A stretch of 64,000 nucleotides of DNA from Phallusia mammillata (Eukaryota). Where the stretch lies: positions 2,604,001 through 2,668,000 of the forward strand of contig OZ281500.1 of assembly GCA_965637545.1 (NCBI GenBank), in the 5' to 3' direction. Under the pieces are notes generated by a model that did not search any database, was not told the origin of the DNA, and saw nothing but the letters and a program-made list of their open reading frames with translations. Below, one piece after another: positions 22,749 to 38,170 of this stretch. The position numbers were made by a program, and so were the translations under genes. The first letter of the stretch is position 1, and each line of letters begins with the position of its first letter.

Positions 22749-25700
22749 ACAATACCGTAGTCGAAAGGACTGTCATTTACGTTCCAGAACGCTCTTTCGG
22801 ATGCTAAAAGTTATCCTATTCTGAAATATATTTTAGGGTTCGAGCGTGAGGGTTTCTAACAAACGTTGGTAAAAAACAGCCCAGAGATTTGTATCATCAA
22901 GAACAACAAAGTTCCATTTAGACTTCAAATGATTGCAGTTCTTTTAAATCAGTGATAGTTTTTGTTGTGGCTGTTTTGCGATGCTAAGACATTTCTACTT
23001 TCTACTATGTTTATGCAAGCGTGTTAAAATGGCTCCAAAGCTGTTGTTTTTTGACACGTATGATGATTTCTTATGTATATTAGGCTCAAACAACCCAACT
23101 GCCGAATTGATGCACGTGCCTACTTTTTGTGGCTATTTTGTCAGATATACGGAGTATTTTATATATAATCTACTATACCCACCCTGATCTAAATCACGTT
23201 ACATAGAGTGATAGACCACATACCACAAGCCTTATGACAACAAAAACAGTTAAAGTGTCATTTGAAGTTGTGCCACCTGCGCATACAATGCTTCATGCAG
23301 TGAATTTGGCTTTATGTCTTTAGCCCTTTCGAGTAGGCAATCGTGTGCAAACGCTTCACAAACAGTAGCTAGATTTCTTTATCACAACATTCGTCCCTCC
23401 ACGGTGACTGGGCCCATTGTACACACTTGAATCTTAGCCTCCCGTGGTGTTACGGGGTGAACACAACCCATTGAGGTCGTGAAGTTTAGATAGCGTCCAA
23501 ACTTGCCTGCTTATGACCACTCGAAAACTGGCTCATGCTTTTGGAGTGCTCCTCAATATTTCGCCTTGTTGACACAGCATTTGGGCAGGATTAAAAATCA
23601 ACTGCGAGAGGCATTGTCGTAAATAAGGTGTCCAGAATTTTACGTGCTGGACGATGTTTGCTGCTGCTTACAGCGGACGAAATTTTTTGTATGTGTAAGC
23701 TTGGTTACCCAGGACTATTGTGTTTCTTTTTATGGGTTTGGACCTAACTTGGTTTACATTATTGTTGCTATCCTTGTGCTTGTGTTTTCTCGTCAATGAA
23801 TTTTGTAAGTGAACTTTTCCCAGTTTTATTTCTGGCTTGTTGCTTTTTTTCTTCAGATACGTAACACAATTGAATGAAGTGTTTTTTTAGTTTTCGTAAC
23901 ATCAGAATGAAATCTAAATTGAAACACGCTGCCATTGGTGAACGAAGAGAAATACCAATACTTGGCCCAAAATTCTGTATGTCTTTACTGTTTGCCATGT
24001 GTGCTACAATATGGTGTAAATGCGACAAAGGGCAACGTAATGTGACCATAACAAAACAAGCAATTTTCTGGTTACGACGTATTGCAACCATTTCTAAACA
24101 TAAACAGTTGTGTGATTGCATTTACATTGTTTGACGTCAAAAGTTCTGGTTTAAAGATGCAGAATGAAAATAAAAATATGTTTTGATTTGCAGCCGTTAC
24201 TTTTCAATTATCAAGTTTTTTGCGACAGTCGGCTGCGAAGACTAGGATCTTGAAACAGTCTGGCACCACTAATGCTGTGATAATGTTGATCTCATTTTGA
24301 TCATTTTCATTCATTTTACTTACTTCAGTTACGCCTATAACCGCCCACACAAATGAGGCAATTGTTAAGCTGATCTTCGTTCTCTCTATTGGTTAAAACC
24401 TGCAATTCGCTCAAATTCGCCACTTTCGAGCACTTCTTCTCTCCGCGAAGGGCTGCTTCCAAATCGCCCAGAGGTTTTACTTAACCAGCCAATTCAGCCA
24501 CCTGCTCATTCCGTAGACACATCAAAGTGCCCCGCATCGTTATTTTCCATATCTGCGTGGTTTATATCAGTTTCGTGGAAGTCATACGTCGCGAAGCAAG
24601 CCTGTGCATTGTCTCGTGGTTTCTTCAGATGTGGATTTGACGAGCCGGCGAGAAGAGCTCAATTTTTCTTGCGTTATCCACCACTTTGCGTGGGTTATGG
24701 TCCAAAGTATTGAAATATGTGTCTTTTTTTGTTAATCTGTTATGTTTCTGCATGGCTTAGGCCTTAGGGAATCGTGTTGCTTTTCAGTAACACTCTTCGC
24801 AATTTGATAAACGTCATTGCTTGTGTCAAGAACAATTTCTCATAATTTTTTTCTTTGGGACACGGGAAAGAGCATTGTTGAAGTTTATGTGCATTTCCAG
24901 CAAAACAAAATGCTTGCAACTTTTCAGCCTTTTGGGGAAATACTTTTGTTTGTAAATTTTAATAAAGGTCCATTTTGTTAAAGCGGGTTTTCCTACATTT
25001 GTGCATCCAACCATGGTTAAGCTGTTAAGTGGCTTAGAATGCGATTTCCGCGGACTTATGCTTCATTGTAGGATTATAAATCACGCTTTGAAGTAAAGAA
25101 AATGAGGTTTTAGTTTTCACCAAAGAAATATTAAAGATAACTTGGCAATCCGGTTGTGGCGTTTTAGTTAAATCACTAGGCTGGGTGTTATTCCTTATTG
25201 TGTCTTTTGTAATGAGGCCAACAGTTAGCTCTTTTAGGCAGGCTTTTAAGGTGTGTGTGTGTGTTTAAACTACAACCTACTATCGACTAATAGCTGGGCA
25301 GGTTTTAGCATGTGGTGTACCAATGTGTGTAGTAACATCACGAATTGGTGGTTTCCATAATTTACTTTGCCTAGATAAAGGTTCTAGAACTCCTAATTAA
25401 CATCAGTGTATTGGGATTCCATCAATTATTTGCGCGGTTTTGTTATGATTAGTAGTTGACCCGCTAACATCGTTTTTTTGGTGTTAGTATGCGTGTTTAA
25501 CCTTGTAAGGTACTTTGTACACCACAAGGTCAAAGACGTGATTTCTGGATTGCTTTAGAAACGTGCGTTCTGCATGTTTTTGGATTTTCTGATTTAATCT
25601 ACTAATTCAGCTTAGAAAACTTTTGCACTTAACAGTTTTAATTACTTTTATGCATTTTACGCGACTGTAGATGGAAGCAAGCTTTCATATTCAGAGGTAA

Positions 25701-28700
25701 ACGTTCTACGCGCCACTGTGAGGTCACAAAACGGTGGAAAACAAACATAAGCACAGAGCAGAAGAGAAGCTTAGCAAACAAAGGCCCACTGCTGCCTTGC
25801 TACACCACTGAAGGCTTCGTCGCAAGACAATGGTCAGAGGAAGACAACTAAAAGTCGCCCTTTGCTTTGTGTGCGCGTAAAAGAGAAAAGTCCCATTTCT
25901 AATCGGTTGCTCTTCACTTTTGTTGACGCACGCCCTCCTGGGCTCCTGCTGGTTTCAAGCAGGAAACTTTAAACTCTGTGAATTTGTATTTTCTTCCGCA
26001 TAACGCCGAAGGATTAGTGCTGGTTTTCTCCACTGGCAGAAAAGTTGACTTAGCGACTGCAAACGCTAAAGGTCGTTTCCGGAATACGCGATAAAGTGAT
26101 AGTTTTATGTGTACGGAAGTCATACACTGATAAAGGCACGGAAGCCACTGAAACCAAAAGAATTTGCAGCAAAGATAAAATTGGCGCGAGGTTTAGAGTT
26201 TGAAATTACGAACGACAAAATTACTTTTTCTGTACATAAATATTTGTTTTGTTGAGCTTTTTAAAACGTAATCAACTTGACTGGTTTTGGGGTTGCGAAT
26301 GCCTTGTCATAGCATGAGGATGAGTGTTTTCCTTGTCTTGTTGGTATAAAGCATACTGGCAAATTAAGTCTCATATTTTTGATTGGTTAGCTTCTAGGTG
26401 AGTCGTGATATTACAGATCTTGTGATTGGACAATCGACAACCAACAAGTGGCCAGAATGCTATTACGGGTCTTCATTGCCAAGTCCACCACCGGCGGCAT
26501 GTTTTTCGCAAGGAGAATGTAGCTTGTGTTAGCGATATTTAAAGATGAAAAAGAGGCGCGTTTCGCTTGAACTCCACTGACAGGTGCACTAGTTGAGTTA
26601 GAGTAGTTTGTTATTACAGTCATTTTAATCCACGGACTGTAAACGGTACACGGCAATTTTGCGGCCTGGAGTTTGTTTTGTAAATGCCATATGCAGTGAT
26701 ATACTCCGAAAAAGGTTTTGCTTTAGAAAATCTGTAGAGCTACTAAGAGAGAAACTCACACCACAAAAGGTTTGCTAAATACCGATAGATGGCGTAAAGA
26801 GTGCAGTTATTTAAATTAACAGGGAGACTGTGATACAGTTAGGGACTAAATTTAACATAAGGAACTGTTTTTTTGGTTGATTTTATTGTTATTATTATTA
26901 TAAACCTCAGATCAACCCTAATAGTCCTAACCGCCAGCATTTTTTTTACACAAACTGCGTTTAAATTGTTTCTGTGTGCGCCACCTACCGGAAGTTAGCA
27001 AACCTGTGGTGTGAATTCCTGTGTTAGTAGCTCTAGGTAGAAAATCACGCTAGTGTGTCAATTTTCGGTCATGTATATTTATCCTCACACGATTTTCGGC
27101 TCGTCTCTGCGTCATGCCTCCATATAGTCCCGTGTCAATAAATTATCCAGGGCAATTGCGTTAAGATCGGCCTTCGCCCACATTTGCGCACGCCAATTTA
27201 CCCTCTCGGGACCATTCCAACTTATCCACAAGGTGATGTCTCGTTCACTGAGGTGCATTCTTCATGGTGCTGGCCTCTCGCCTACTTACAGCTGCTTTCA
27301 ATCATCTCAAGCACTTTTCAAGGTAAATTGTTTAGAACCCGCGCGCTTAGGCACAGGCCCTTGTGTTTCTCGTGGTCGTAATTGCCAGTTCGAGGTTCAT
27401 TCTCAAGTTTTGCGACCCGTTCACGAGGCGCAGACTTTAGTGTTTGATTACAGTTTACGCCCATCGCGAACGTGTCCCTTTCTGCGTCTTTTGGTGGTTC
27501 TTAAAACGCTTAAAACGCGTTTTGTGAATAGTTTTGCGCTTTGGCATCAATTGCTGCTTTGATATTGCGATAGTTAATGGCGGACAAATCTAAACCACTT
27601 TGCCTTTGCTGACGTTGCCCAAATTTTCACAGTGACAAGTTACACGAAATAAAGCTCATTACGACTGCCTCAGTGGCTTAAAAATCTACCAAAGCCACAT
27701 GTAAGTCTGGTTGTAAAGCCGCTTTGTTTAGTTGTGGTTCATGCCGTCCTTGTTTTCTTCACATCGTTGGCGTAAAATCGAATATGAGGCACTTAAATCA
27801 CTTGCAGATATTTGTTTCATCTTGACGAGTAATGTGTTACTGTTACCAAAATAAAACTATGCATTTGCCTTTTCTGCTGGTGCTTACATAAGTTTCCTAC
27901 ACCGCCTCTTGTGGCCAAAGAGTGACACTTACAGCGATTATAAATGTCAACATCCATAGAGGAAAAGTCGTTCATTAGCCTTGGTTGGTAAATGTTATAA
28001 GAGATTTTGTCCTGTAATTAACAGACAATTGGGAGAATATTTTTGTCTAAATGCTCTTTGTTAATCGTGAGTTTGGCAAATTATGGTGTAATTGGAGATA
28101 GAGTTTTAGTGTTGCTTTGCGGGAACCTTTTGACAAAGATCTGGTGTAGAAATACCAAATAGGAAAGTAATGGGCTTAGTAGATAACAGTTGTGACTTGT
28201 CTTAAGTATTTTTTTATCAATTTTGTTGTGTTATGTAAGTACAAGTTAGTTCTGTGTAAATTTGCAGTTTTTCTGTGCCGTGTCAAAGCCCTGAAGGTGT
28301 TTGTGCAACCAGCGATTTACTTAAAATAGCCCAAATTGCTATCAAAATGAAATGAATCTATTGCTTGTGGCCTTGTTTAAACACAGGCGTTTTCAATTGC
28401 GCTTTCAAACCATAAAAAGGTTATTTTGAAACTTAATCACGTCTGTTGGTTTCTGAAGATTTGACCCGCGCTTTTTTTCCGTCTGTCTGTCGGCGACTCA
28501 ACGCAAGAAAACTGGTACGAACCAGTCCAAACCGGTTTCTGCCTACTCGCGGCTTTGGCATTTTCCTATTTTTATCTTGTTGTCTAATTTTTTTGATTGT
28601 TTTTATATTGTTTTGTTTTGATGTACAACTAATCCGCACAAAAAGTCTAGGGATCGTATGACATCGGCGACACACTTGATACGCATAATACCCTTGTATA

Positions 28701-30656
28701 CCTTATGCGACTAGCCCCGACCTAAAAGCATTAGCTTGTGGTTACATTTAATCCGTATACTTTATCTAGACTGTTGACCGTTCGCTACTTGACACCTAAA
28801 CACTACAATAGACTTCGTCGGTGGGCTAAAATGCGACCCTGTGGAACACCTTTTATACCCGCGCCTGGCTACAAAACCATGCGTTGATAACTGATCCATG
28901 ATTGAGACTGATAGATCGTTATAAGCGCAAGTATAAAGGGTATTCGTGCCCTGCTTACGCGGCTTTATGTCACAGTATTACCAGGATCATCGCTTCAGCC
29001 AAAGATCTCTCTGTTCTTTCATGTTGGCTGATCCTGCAACTACATCAGGGGCTTTCTTCGCAAAATCCCGTGACGTCACAATCCCGTCAGACTGCTTGTG
29101 GGTTCGTGACGATCCGGATTATTAATGTAATGGGAGAAGTTATGTAGCCTTGAGATTTTTTGAAAATATGCTGCTTTATGAAGTTGTATGTGCATGCAAT
29201 GATGTTCAGACTTTTAATAGGTAACATTAGCCCAGTTGTTGACTGCGATACTGAAAAGTTTCATATTTTGACATGTTGTTTGTTTTACAGAGATTTTAGG
29301 GCATGTAAAATATTTTGTGCTGATTGTTATGGTACTTTTAAAGTGAAAGGGGCTCCGAGACCTTACTAAAGTACTGGGAAACCGTAAGTCCTTTTAATGT
29401 TTCATAAATTAGGTTACTTATCAAATTAAGCTGCAACTTCGACCACACTTTATTGAAAAGCCATTTATGTTCGCTGTAAAACTATGATATAAATCACACA
29501 TTGGCAAAGATGTACAGATCATAAAAAAGTTATGTTATGCGTCTGTAACAGCGATTTATCTTTGATGGGCAAACATACTCTAAAAGTCTATCGTATCAAG
29601 AAAAGATTAACATAGCTAAAAACTCATTGTATGAAAGCATATTTTCCTTAATAATTCAAAAATGCATGCGCTTATTTTGGTGGTGTGGGGTAACAAAGCA
29701 CCAAATAGGCGTTTTTCGATTCAGTTTAGTTGGAACTTTCAACAAAAACACAAATTTCCTTGGAAAGGCTTGCCGTTTGGCGCCTATTCTTGCACCACGT
29801 TGGTTAGTGTTGTGTTTACACGTGGAAGCACACTGAACAACTTCCCATGAGGAACAATGACCGGCGGATTTGCCATGAAGCGAAAAACGCCGGGCTTGGA
29901 GCCATTTTGTAAAATTGTCTTCCCATGCGTGTGTTTCTAATTTATACTCACTCTCTTGCCTGAAGCTTGAGTTAAAGTTAATTTTTCCCGCCCATACTAT
30001 TTCTCCCTCAACAATATTACGGAAGTCAAACGTTTTGTACCTTTTGCTAATTGTGCATTCAAAAAAACACTTTTTTATCCTCTTTGGCGTTAAAACGAAA
30101 GTCGCAGTCGACAACACAGGTCAAGAGGAATTGTTAATTATCTTCCTGAAACCGCGTCTTAAACATCGAGCAAAAATTCCACCAACACCAAACCTCGTAT
30201 CGGAAAAGGCGCCACAATGCACCAAAGTTGTGGCAATGAGGTCAAAGAAGGCTGGTGCCGAATATAGACCATAATACCCAGGCTTTAGGCTTCCACGAGC
30301 AGAGACAGACCAGACACTGTCGGTGTAATTGCCGGAAAGGTATCTCGCCTGCGTTTCATTTGTTTTTCGTTCTTGTCTTTCGCTGAAGGGTTGACAGGTG
30401 GTGAACCTCGGAATGTGGTGTTAAGTGCTAGTGTCCCGGTATGACATTTTGCCCTCTTTAAATGGTTTAGAAAAAAGACCTCGTGTTACCTTTTTAATTG
30501 TTTTTAATTTTCTTATTTAGCAAAACAAATTCATATGTTACTGAACACACACAGTGCGATACATTTTAAAGCGGGCGACTCTTTGTTTCTTTTTTTTTCG
30601 GACAGTAAAATTCATCTGTTTTTCCATTAAAGCTGTTGATTTGTGCCAGCCATGGA

Positions 30657-30824
30657 CAGTGTTTTTTTAAGGTGTTTTTTTCACCTTAAATTTCTCCAGC
30701 GGTTTCCCAAAATTTGGACGGCTATTTTTTGCAAATATGGCTATTTTTTGGTATTTAAATGAAACACTTGCGGTCTCTTAAAACTACTTAGCGGTCACCC
30801 AAACCAAACCTTAAAAAAAACCTG
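30657..30824. mobile_element. 168-bp hAT-type MITE
   Basis: TIR CAGTGTTTTTTTAAGG / CCTTAAAAAAAACCTG; perfect 8-bp TSD gccatgga. Confidence 0.82.
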
Positions 30825-33800
30825 GCCATGGACGTCACACAGGAGTTTTGTACAAACCAGCGGTGGACAGGTATAGTCGTGCACTAGCGTTCAACCCAGT
30901 TGGCCTTTTGATTTATCCTCAGGCCGCAACACGCAAAACAGTTTTAACGACTACATGTGTTGAAGAAAGTCACGCAGGAATTTTGTGCAAAGGTTAGTAC
31001 AATGCGGCGTTTCTAATTTGTATAGCATACGCACAATGTCTCATTCGTCACGTCAAGCCACAATTTTACTTTCCACCCTAAATACCACACCCATTAGTGG
31101 CTGCGAGCAGTCGAAAGTGTTCCCTACGTTGGCCTAAAACAAACAATTAGCAAAGGTGGCCGACGCCGAAGCTGTCAGCGCTATTCAGAAATTGAACATT
31201 TTCCTTTTGCTGGAATTGTCTCTTGTATTCTACTTCGGGATGACCTTAAGTGACCTGTGATGACCCCGTTTTGACGAGGCGTGAAAAGGCGAGAGCACTC
31301 CCGAAGGTTTCGCTCGAAAGCAGCTCTGTAATTCGATTTAAAGCAGTGCTGATTGACGTGGCTCGTTCGGTTAATGTAAGACAACCTATGCTGGTAGTTA
31401 AATACATCGTTTAAGAAAAACACGACATGTTTATTGGCATGTGCTTTCAAAATCTCAGAGAAAAATTTTCTCCACCGCGTTGCATTTTAACAGTTTCGTT
31501 TAGCCTGTAAAAAAGGACAAAACTCGTTTTCTTTCCATTTTGTGCAGCATTTGCCTGATGAACGAAAAATTTGAAGTGAATTAAATAAACATGCACAAAT
31601 ATTTTAAAAATGGGGAAAGAGACAACAAACGCACACGTCACAACCTAATACTCCCTTTTTTGTACATATTATAAATTGCAAGGAGTTTCAGATTCTCGAT
31701 AATTTGCGCGGTTTTTCAGTATTCGATCCAATCTCGGTGTTAAAATTTTTTTAATCGAACTCCAAAAGCCGTATTCACAAATCTACACGGCAATCAGCTA
31801 CAATGCATGTGAACTTCGATATCCCAAAGACCCATACCAATTCCCACGAGCCAGTAGAGGCAGCCAAATCAGCCGCTTGTACAACTTAACGAACGTTTAA
31901 CTAACCACTATAACCGCACGGTGACCTTGTTCTCTACGCATTGCCGCGCATGTATTTGACGTGCAGCGTACCAAATGTGCATCACGTTTATTTTTGCACA
32001 GAGCTGTAGTAAAACGCATTCAATTAAGGGCATGTTCCTATAGCAAGATGATTTACAGCTACCTCTTAAATTATGGCGTTGTTTTTGTGCATTTAAAATG
32101 AACTAATTTGAAACCTTTTCTCTTTCTTGCTTTCCTCCAAATGCCATGTAAGGATCGAAACGAAAGTGTGCACAAAATTTATCGCGAACTTTTTGCATTT
32201 GAACATAGTGAAGTGGGTTTAATTTACGTTTTATGTTAACAAACAACACTACAATTGTGAAATTTAGATTTGAAAAGCATCGCATGTAAGTTTGACGCTT
32301 GATGTAATGCACTTGACACAAAGCTTTAATATCCGGTTTCTATTTTAGAATATCGCCACGCTACTTAAATTCCCATGCAATCGCATAATGTGCATTTTCG
32401 CGTATCTTCCAAAGCGCAGCTATAAATTAGGGTCTTAACGAAAACTCGCCATGCCTGTGAAGGCCTAGCCAAGCGGCTCTAGTCCTAACGCATTATACGA
32501 CCAGTAGGCGTTTCATGTCTTAATTGCCTCCCCCCTCTGGGAATGCCAACTCGAAATACTTCTCATGGTTGATTTTGCTTGCTAACGCGGCTCACAGGGT
32601 CAGCATGTAAATTTCCGGGGTTAGTTTGGTCGATTGTTGCCTGCTGCTAAAAGCTTTTTCGGCTATAGGTTGCAGTACCCTTTTTAATACTTTTTGTCTT
32701 CTAATTTTTGTAGCTCAACTGCAATTAAAAATTGAGTAAAATGCTTTTATTTTTTAGCTTGTTGATCAGTTTTGTAATTTGTTTAAAATATAGTGTAAAA
32801 CATTGTTTTTTCGGGGTCAAAAACCCTTGTTGCAACGTTTAGGAGCAGAAGAACATTTAAAATGTGTTCTGTGTCCTTTGTTGTTAGTTGTCTAGCTTGT
32901 TTTGCATTTAAAAGTGTACGCATAGGTCAGTGGAGCGTTCGAAATGTCGATGCTGTAACAAGATTCGATTAAAGTGCATTGGCGTAACAAGCACGGAGAG
33001 TGTTTTGATTCAGTGAACTTTTTACCACCTTGTGTACTTTCCGCTCTCTTGGCCTTGGAAGAGCGCCTGTAGTTAATTTCCGGATTCAAGAACGATCGCA
33101 AGCATTTATGAGTTTAATTATGAGGCTTTAGACGCAAATGGCATCATTCTAAACGAAAAAAAGATTAAACATGTGTGTGTAAAAAAGATAGCGCATGTTT
33201 GATGCAGTCAGGATTTGCAAAGTGGACATCAGAGTAAACCTCATTAAGTATGGTAATTTCCATCTTTATCGGTATTTAAAGGTCACTGTTGCTTCTGTGC
33301 ACTGCACGTGAAGGGGCAAACATTTAATTTCGCGATTTCTTCAAATTGAGTTTCTGAGCCTTTGACAAACAAATCAATAAAACCTGCAATTTTAGCTCTT
33401 TACCTTGCAGTGATCCTGCAAAAAACGACTATTGCCGCGCGAATCAATTTTTCACCTTCTGTTCAAACTACGGAGCTGTCTTAGGCTCTAGCGGCCAACT
33501 GATCGGCGATCTGTCAGCCAACATCCAGAAGCAGAACCAGGCGCTGCTTAAATATTTGCCAAACTTCGACTCACCCCGTTATTTAATTAAACCTGCTGAC
33601 TAACAATGCCCAGCGCTGATGCTGACGTCATGTGATAGATGACTTGGGACTGTCGACTTTTCACGTGCGGGACCGTCTCATGTGGTCGACTCTTTCATCC
33701 GCCTGTTGAACCACGCGAGGACAATGGTCGGTTTGTGTGTTTGTAGACTTTTGTGTGCAGTAAACTGAGCGAAGGTGATGGTGTGAGTTTACGTTGAAGA

Positions 33801-36800
33801 CCCGGGAATCGAACCCACGATCTCGAGATCAAGTTACGCATAGAGATATTTTGAAAGTTCTGGGAATGGTAGTTAAGTTTTTGTTGAAGTTTTGCCATTT
33901 TACTATCAGACAAGTTTTATAACAAGGTTTCCAGTTATGGCAAAGTGAGCAAACAAAAAAGCCTTTTTGTTAGGACAAATAGATTTTTTATCGTATTCTT
34001 CAAAATTTCTCTATGGTTGAATTTGTTTTAGCTATATAATGTTGGAAACGGCTTGCTAGGGTGAAACATACCGACTGGGCCGGACAGAAAAACTCGATAA
34101 ACACCATTAGGCAAAACTTTGTAGTTTTGAAACCGCCTTTTTCTATAGTTCAACCAGTAACTTTAGTTGCAAAAGCTTACCATTGTGCAGTGGCGTAAGA
34201 TTGTCAACAAACCCAAGTGTTGAATTGCCCCATGCGCTCGTAAAACCTTAGGCCGCTATATTTGCTTTCCATAGACTCCGAAAGGCAAACGCGATCGTAA
34301 ACACGTTGATAAATTAACGGTAGCTCGGTGCGGGATCTTGTTTGCTGAGCTTTTTACTCCATCAAACCTTTCCAGCGCGGGCGCGATTAATTGCCCCATT
34401 GTCGCTTTGTTTGAACACGGTGAAAGCGATCTCTTTACCTTCTGTGGATCCTCAGGCAGGGCGGATCACGTGACTTGGATTAAACCGCGCAAAGTAGAAA
34501 TTTGTTTTTTTGTAAATGTTTTCTTTTAGAATTGGAACATGTATTGTTTTTTTTACTCTGCTGTTTTATAATTATTTTTCCGAATGTAGTTTTCTGCGGT
34601 TTACGGTTCAAACTATCGTAACTGTTTGTGTGAATTCCATTTAGCGCGTGGTTTGCCCCAAAGTGTATAACGAGTCAGAAACGGATATTTTCTAGAACGT
34701 GTAATTTTTAAGGGTGGTTACAAGTCACAGTTCAACTTGCAAGAAATTAAATTGTTGTGTTTGAAGAACAACACATTGTCTAATAGTGGATGCTCGTGTT
34801 ATCCTGTGCCAGCAGCAATGCGTGAACAGCGTCTTTGACACCCAGCATCTACAATAAATGGCGCCAAACCGTTTTAACCGCTTTTCAATTTTCCGAACAA
34901 ACAGGTATACAACAAACATAGAAGTATCGTACCCCGTTTTAGCCTTAACGACGTGACGTAAACTTCGTTTCACAGCAACCGATTTCCTTATGCTTCCAGG
35001 TTTCCATTTCAAAAAACGTTGTCTGTGCCAGTGTTTGTATTGTTTAATATGCAGAGTACCACAATCCCGCTGCAATAACATACACGGTCGCCCTGGGACA
35101 TTGTACGCAGTGTGTGATGAAATTATGTGGCTTGGCGGCATTGGACATGAAAGCATGTGTCACAATATGCATTGCAATTACACTGGTATCTCTATCATGT
35201 TATAGGAAAGTACCCCAGTCCCGAAATAACCGGAATCCCACAGGCAGCAAGCATCTCGCGTTGTATGAGGTTTGTTCCAACGTGCGTGTTTGTGTTGTTA
35301 TGGAAGGTTTATATCTTGCTAATTAAGGTTAGTTGGACAATAGTCTGGCGCTGGTTGTGGTTACTAGTTGCAAACGGCGTTTTACTTTTTTATTCCGCCG
35401 ACAAGATTTACTGTACCTTTGATTTATTGCAAATAGTGCTTGAAGGTGAAGTATCAAAGAGAAAAAAACGAGGACTTTTGAAAAGTGCGCTGTTATTCGA
35501 GTTATCAAACGCCCTTTGCTCGCTGTTAATATTCCGCTTCGCCATCAAAGCCACAAAATGTCATTTATCAAACCCTAGCGCCATTAAATTCAGCAAATCC
35601 ACACATCTTTTATTTTCCCGCGCAGTACTGAGTCAAGAAAAATGCCATTCGTCTTGCGTGGACTCCCTCATGTTGATGGAAGATCCAGTTTCAGAGCCTT
35701 AATGACGTAACAGTTTACGCGTGAATGCGCACAGAGGCTCCCCTGTGTCATTATCGGTTTAGCAAAGAGCCGGGCTCGTTTCTTCCTCTTTGCCTTTGCA
35801 CCTGCATCAACAGCAAGCCAACACCTTTGTTTGTGTAGGTTTTTTGGCAAAATGGCAGCTTCTTGACCGTTTTTAAGCGTGGGTGAATCTCAGAGGTGTT
35901 ATGATAGATAAAGTCTAAATTCGGAACAGTAGTTTTGGCAACTATTCGACACTTTCATCAGTTTTTGTATAAAGGCACCGCCCTGCGCAGTATTGGGAGG
36001 TTTAGGCTTATTACTGTGGAATACATAGTTTTATATTTTGCTTGCGTTAAAAAAATCGTTTTAATCCAAGTAACAATAATAAATGTTTAATAGTTATCAC
36101 ATACAGCTCTCGTTTACTGCTTAAAACATAGTTAGGTTAATCACATACCGCTTTGGTTTACTACTTAGGTTTAGGAGATACTCAATATATCCATTTACTT
36201 ACGTTACTCAAAACTAATATTCTTGTGAGCTATATTTGACAATTTCATGTATATCAGGAGAACTCAAAAAAGCAGAAAAAACTTATCGAGAAAAAAAATT
36301 GGCCCAAAACTTTCCATTCCTTTTCCCCATTGTTTCATATTTATCTCAACCGCGCACCCTACTGTTATCGCTGACGTTATCAGGCAGATAGAGAAGAGTT
36401 TGACAAAGAACGTGACTGTGCACCGCATTCCCCTGTCTGTGTGGATTCTGTCGAAGAGCGTACTTCTGCTCTTGTTTATTTATCATCGATCGATACCAAG
36501 ATCTTCGGACATATGTCATTATGTCGGTCACGCATCACTTGAAAGGCGTTCCACCTCGCCGCACACACCCTTTGTGTGTCCATTTTACGGTGGGTGCCAT
36601 TGTAAAGCGGCCCGGTCCTTGTCAATCGGCGCTACGTAAATGTTGCTCCGCGGCAACACAATGGAAACGATTTCCATGAAACTGAAACGATGTTTGGCGT
36701 GTTTGTACGATGATATCATGATCAATGTTTCATCCAACTTTTTATATGTCGAGGCGTACACAAAACACAAGGTTCCCAAGTGCATTTAGGACTACAAAGC

Positions 36801-37844
36801 AAGCTAGTGATCTGAAAAATGTACCGTTTTTTATGTGCAGCAGAATATGCGATTCCGCAAGATTTACATGAAAATCATGGCACCGTTGCGCGGTTTGTTA
36901 TGTGGGAAGTCAGCAGGGCTCACGAAAGAACCATGGTACGCCAACACGAATGTTTCATTTTTTGGCAATGTAATGAACTATTAATCCCTTCACACTTCCG
37001 ATTTTTAATTGTTTTTTTTTTCGTGGTTAATGGAATACCTCCTTTTTCGTTTTGGAGTTTTTAAAGCCAAGTTTGGGAAATAAATATATTTTTTTCGTCA
37101 GAGCTGTTTTTTTCGTACAGCTTATAGGAGCCATAGACTGGCATTGTAACAATTTCCAAGTGGTACTTCCTCTTTAGAAACGTACGTTTCCTGGTCGCAC
37201 AGAGTCGAGCCAAAACGTTGGTTTATTTTCTGTTTCAAAGTACCCCAAACCCAAATTGGCAACATACACAACATGTTACCCAAACTTTGACCTTTTAAAA
37301 CCGCTGGAATGGTGCACACCTGGTTCTTATTTGGTTTTCACAACAAAGCCATGGCTTGCTTGCACAACCTTTTCAATGCATAACGACTCGGATCTTAGGC
37401 CAACGACCGCCCAGTGTTTGTTTTCAATAGCTATCAGGGCAGCAGTGATCCACGGTTTTCACAACAAATTGCCGCCCTGCACGAGTTTCTCTTGTGGCTC
37501 TGTATATTTTCTTTGCATTTCGCCCGCGAGATTGCTGACGTCACGAAGCAGCGCGTGACGTGGCTGTTTTAGGACGGAGCTGCAGTTGTGACGTTAGTAG
37601 TGTATTTTCGGGTGATTTGTCTTTTTGACTTCGATTTCGCTCAATAACAGTGCGAATGATAGATACTTTTTCAATTTGACGTTCTTTCTTTTGACTCGCA
37701 ACTTGTCTGTTTGTAATTCCAAAGCTTTAAGTTTCTCTCTTTTACCCATTTTAAACTTTTTTATTTCCAGTTTTTTTACACATGTATTTTGTTTAAGGAC
37801 CAACGTATGTTGGAAACTTCGTGTAACTATTTTTTTGTCTAATT

Positions 37845-38170
37845 CAGTGGTTCCCAAACTGTGGGCCATGGCCCAGTAGTAGGCCACCAAGACATTTTCA
37901 ATGGGCCACAGAGCCATTTAAACAGATTCTACTCTTTTGTTCTACTGTAGATATTATGCGCTTTGTTTTGAAAAACGTAATATTTGCAAAGAATTCCGAA
38001 TCTTGTTGCCAAATTTCTGGAGCATGTATCTCATTAAAAATATATTGCTAGAAACCATTTCGCCTGTTTTTGAGTTATTTTTTGTGCCCAAATTTACAGT
38101 ACGTGGTGAGCCACGAATCGCTATTAAATAGACATTTGGGCCACAGACCAAAAAAGTTTGGGAACCCCTG
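37845..38170. mobile_element. 326-bp hAT MITE
   Basis: TIR CAGTGGTTCCCAAACT / AGTTTGGGAACCCCTG; perfect 8-bp TSD gtctaatt. Confidence 0.92.

Noticed and set aside
33795-33826. tRNA B-box GGTTCGATTCC on the minus strand
   Set aside because: No A-box, D arm, anticodon arm or acceptor stem. Not a tRNA; possibly a SINE scrap.
35113-35200. C-box GTGATGA as a possible C/D snoRNA
   Set aside because: No CTGA D-box or terminal stem at a suitable distance.
35157-35702. 181-aa ORF, and other 60-150 aa ORFs between 16 and 53 kb
   Set aside because: Mostly non-ATG starts, Cys/Phe/Leu-rich composition typical of random AT-rich DNA, no recognisable domains and no consistent splice phases.
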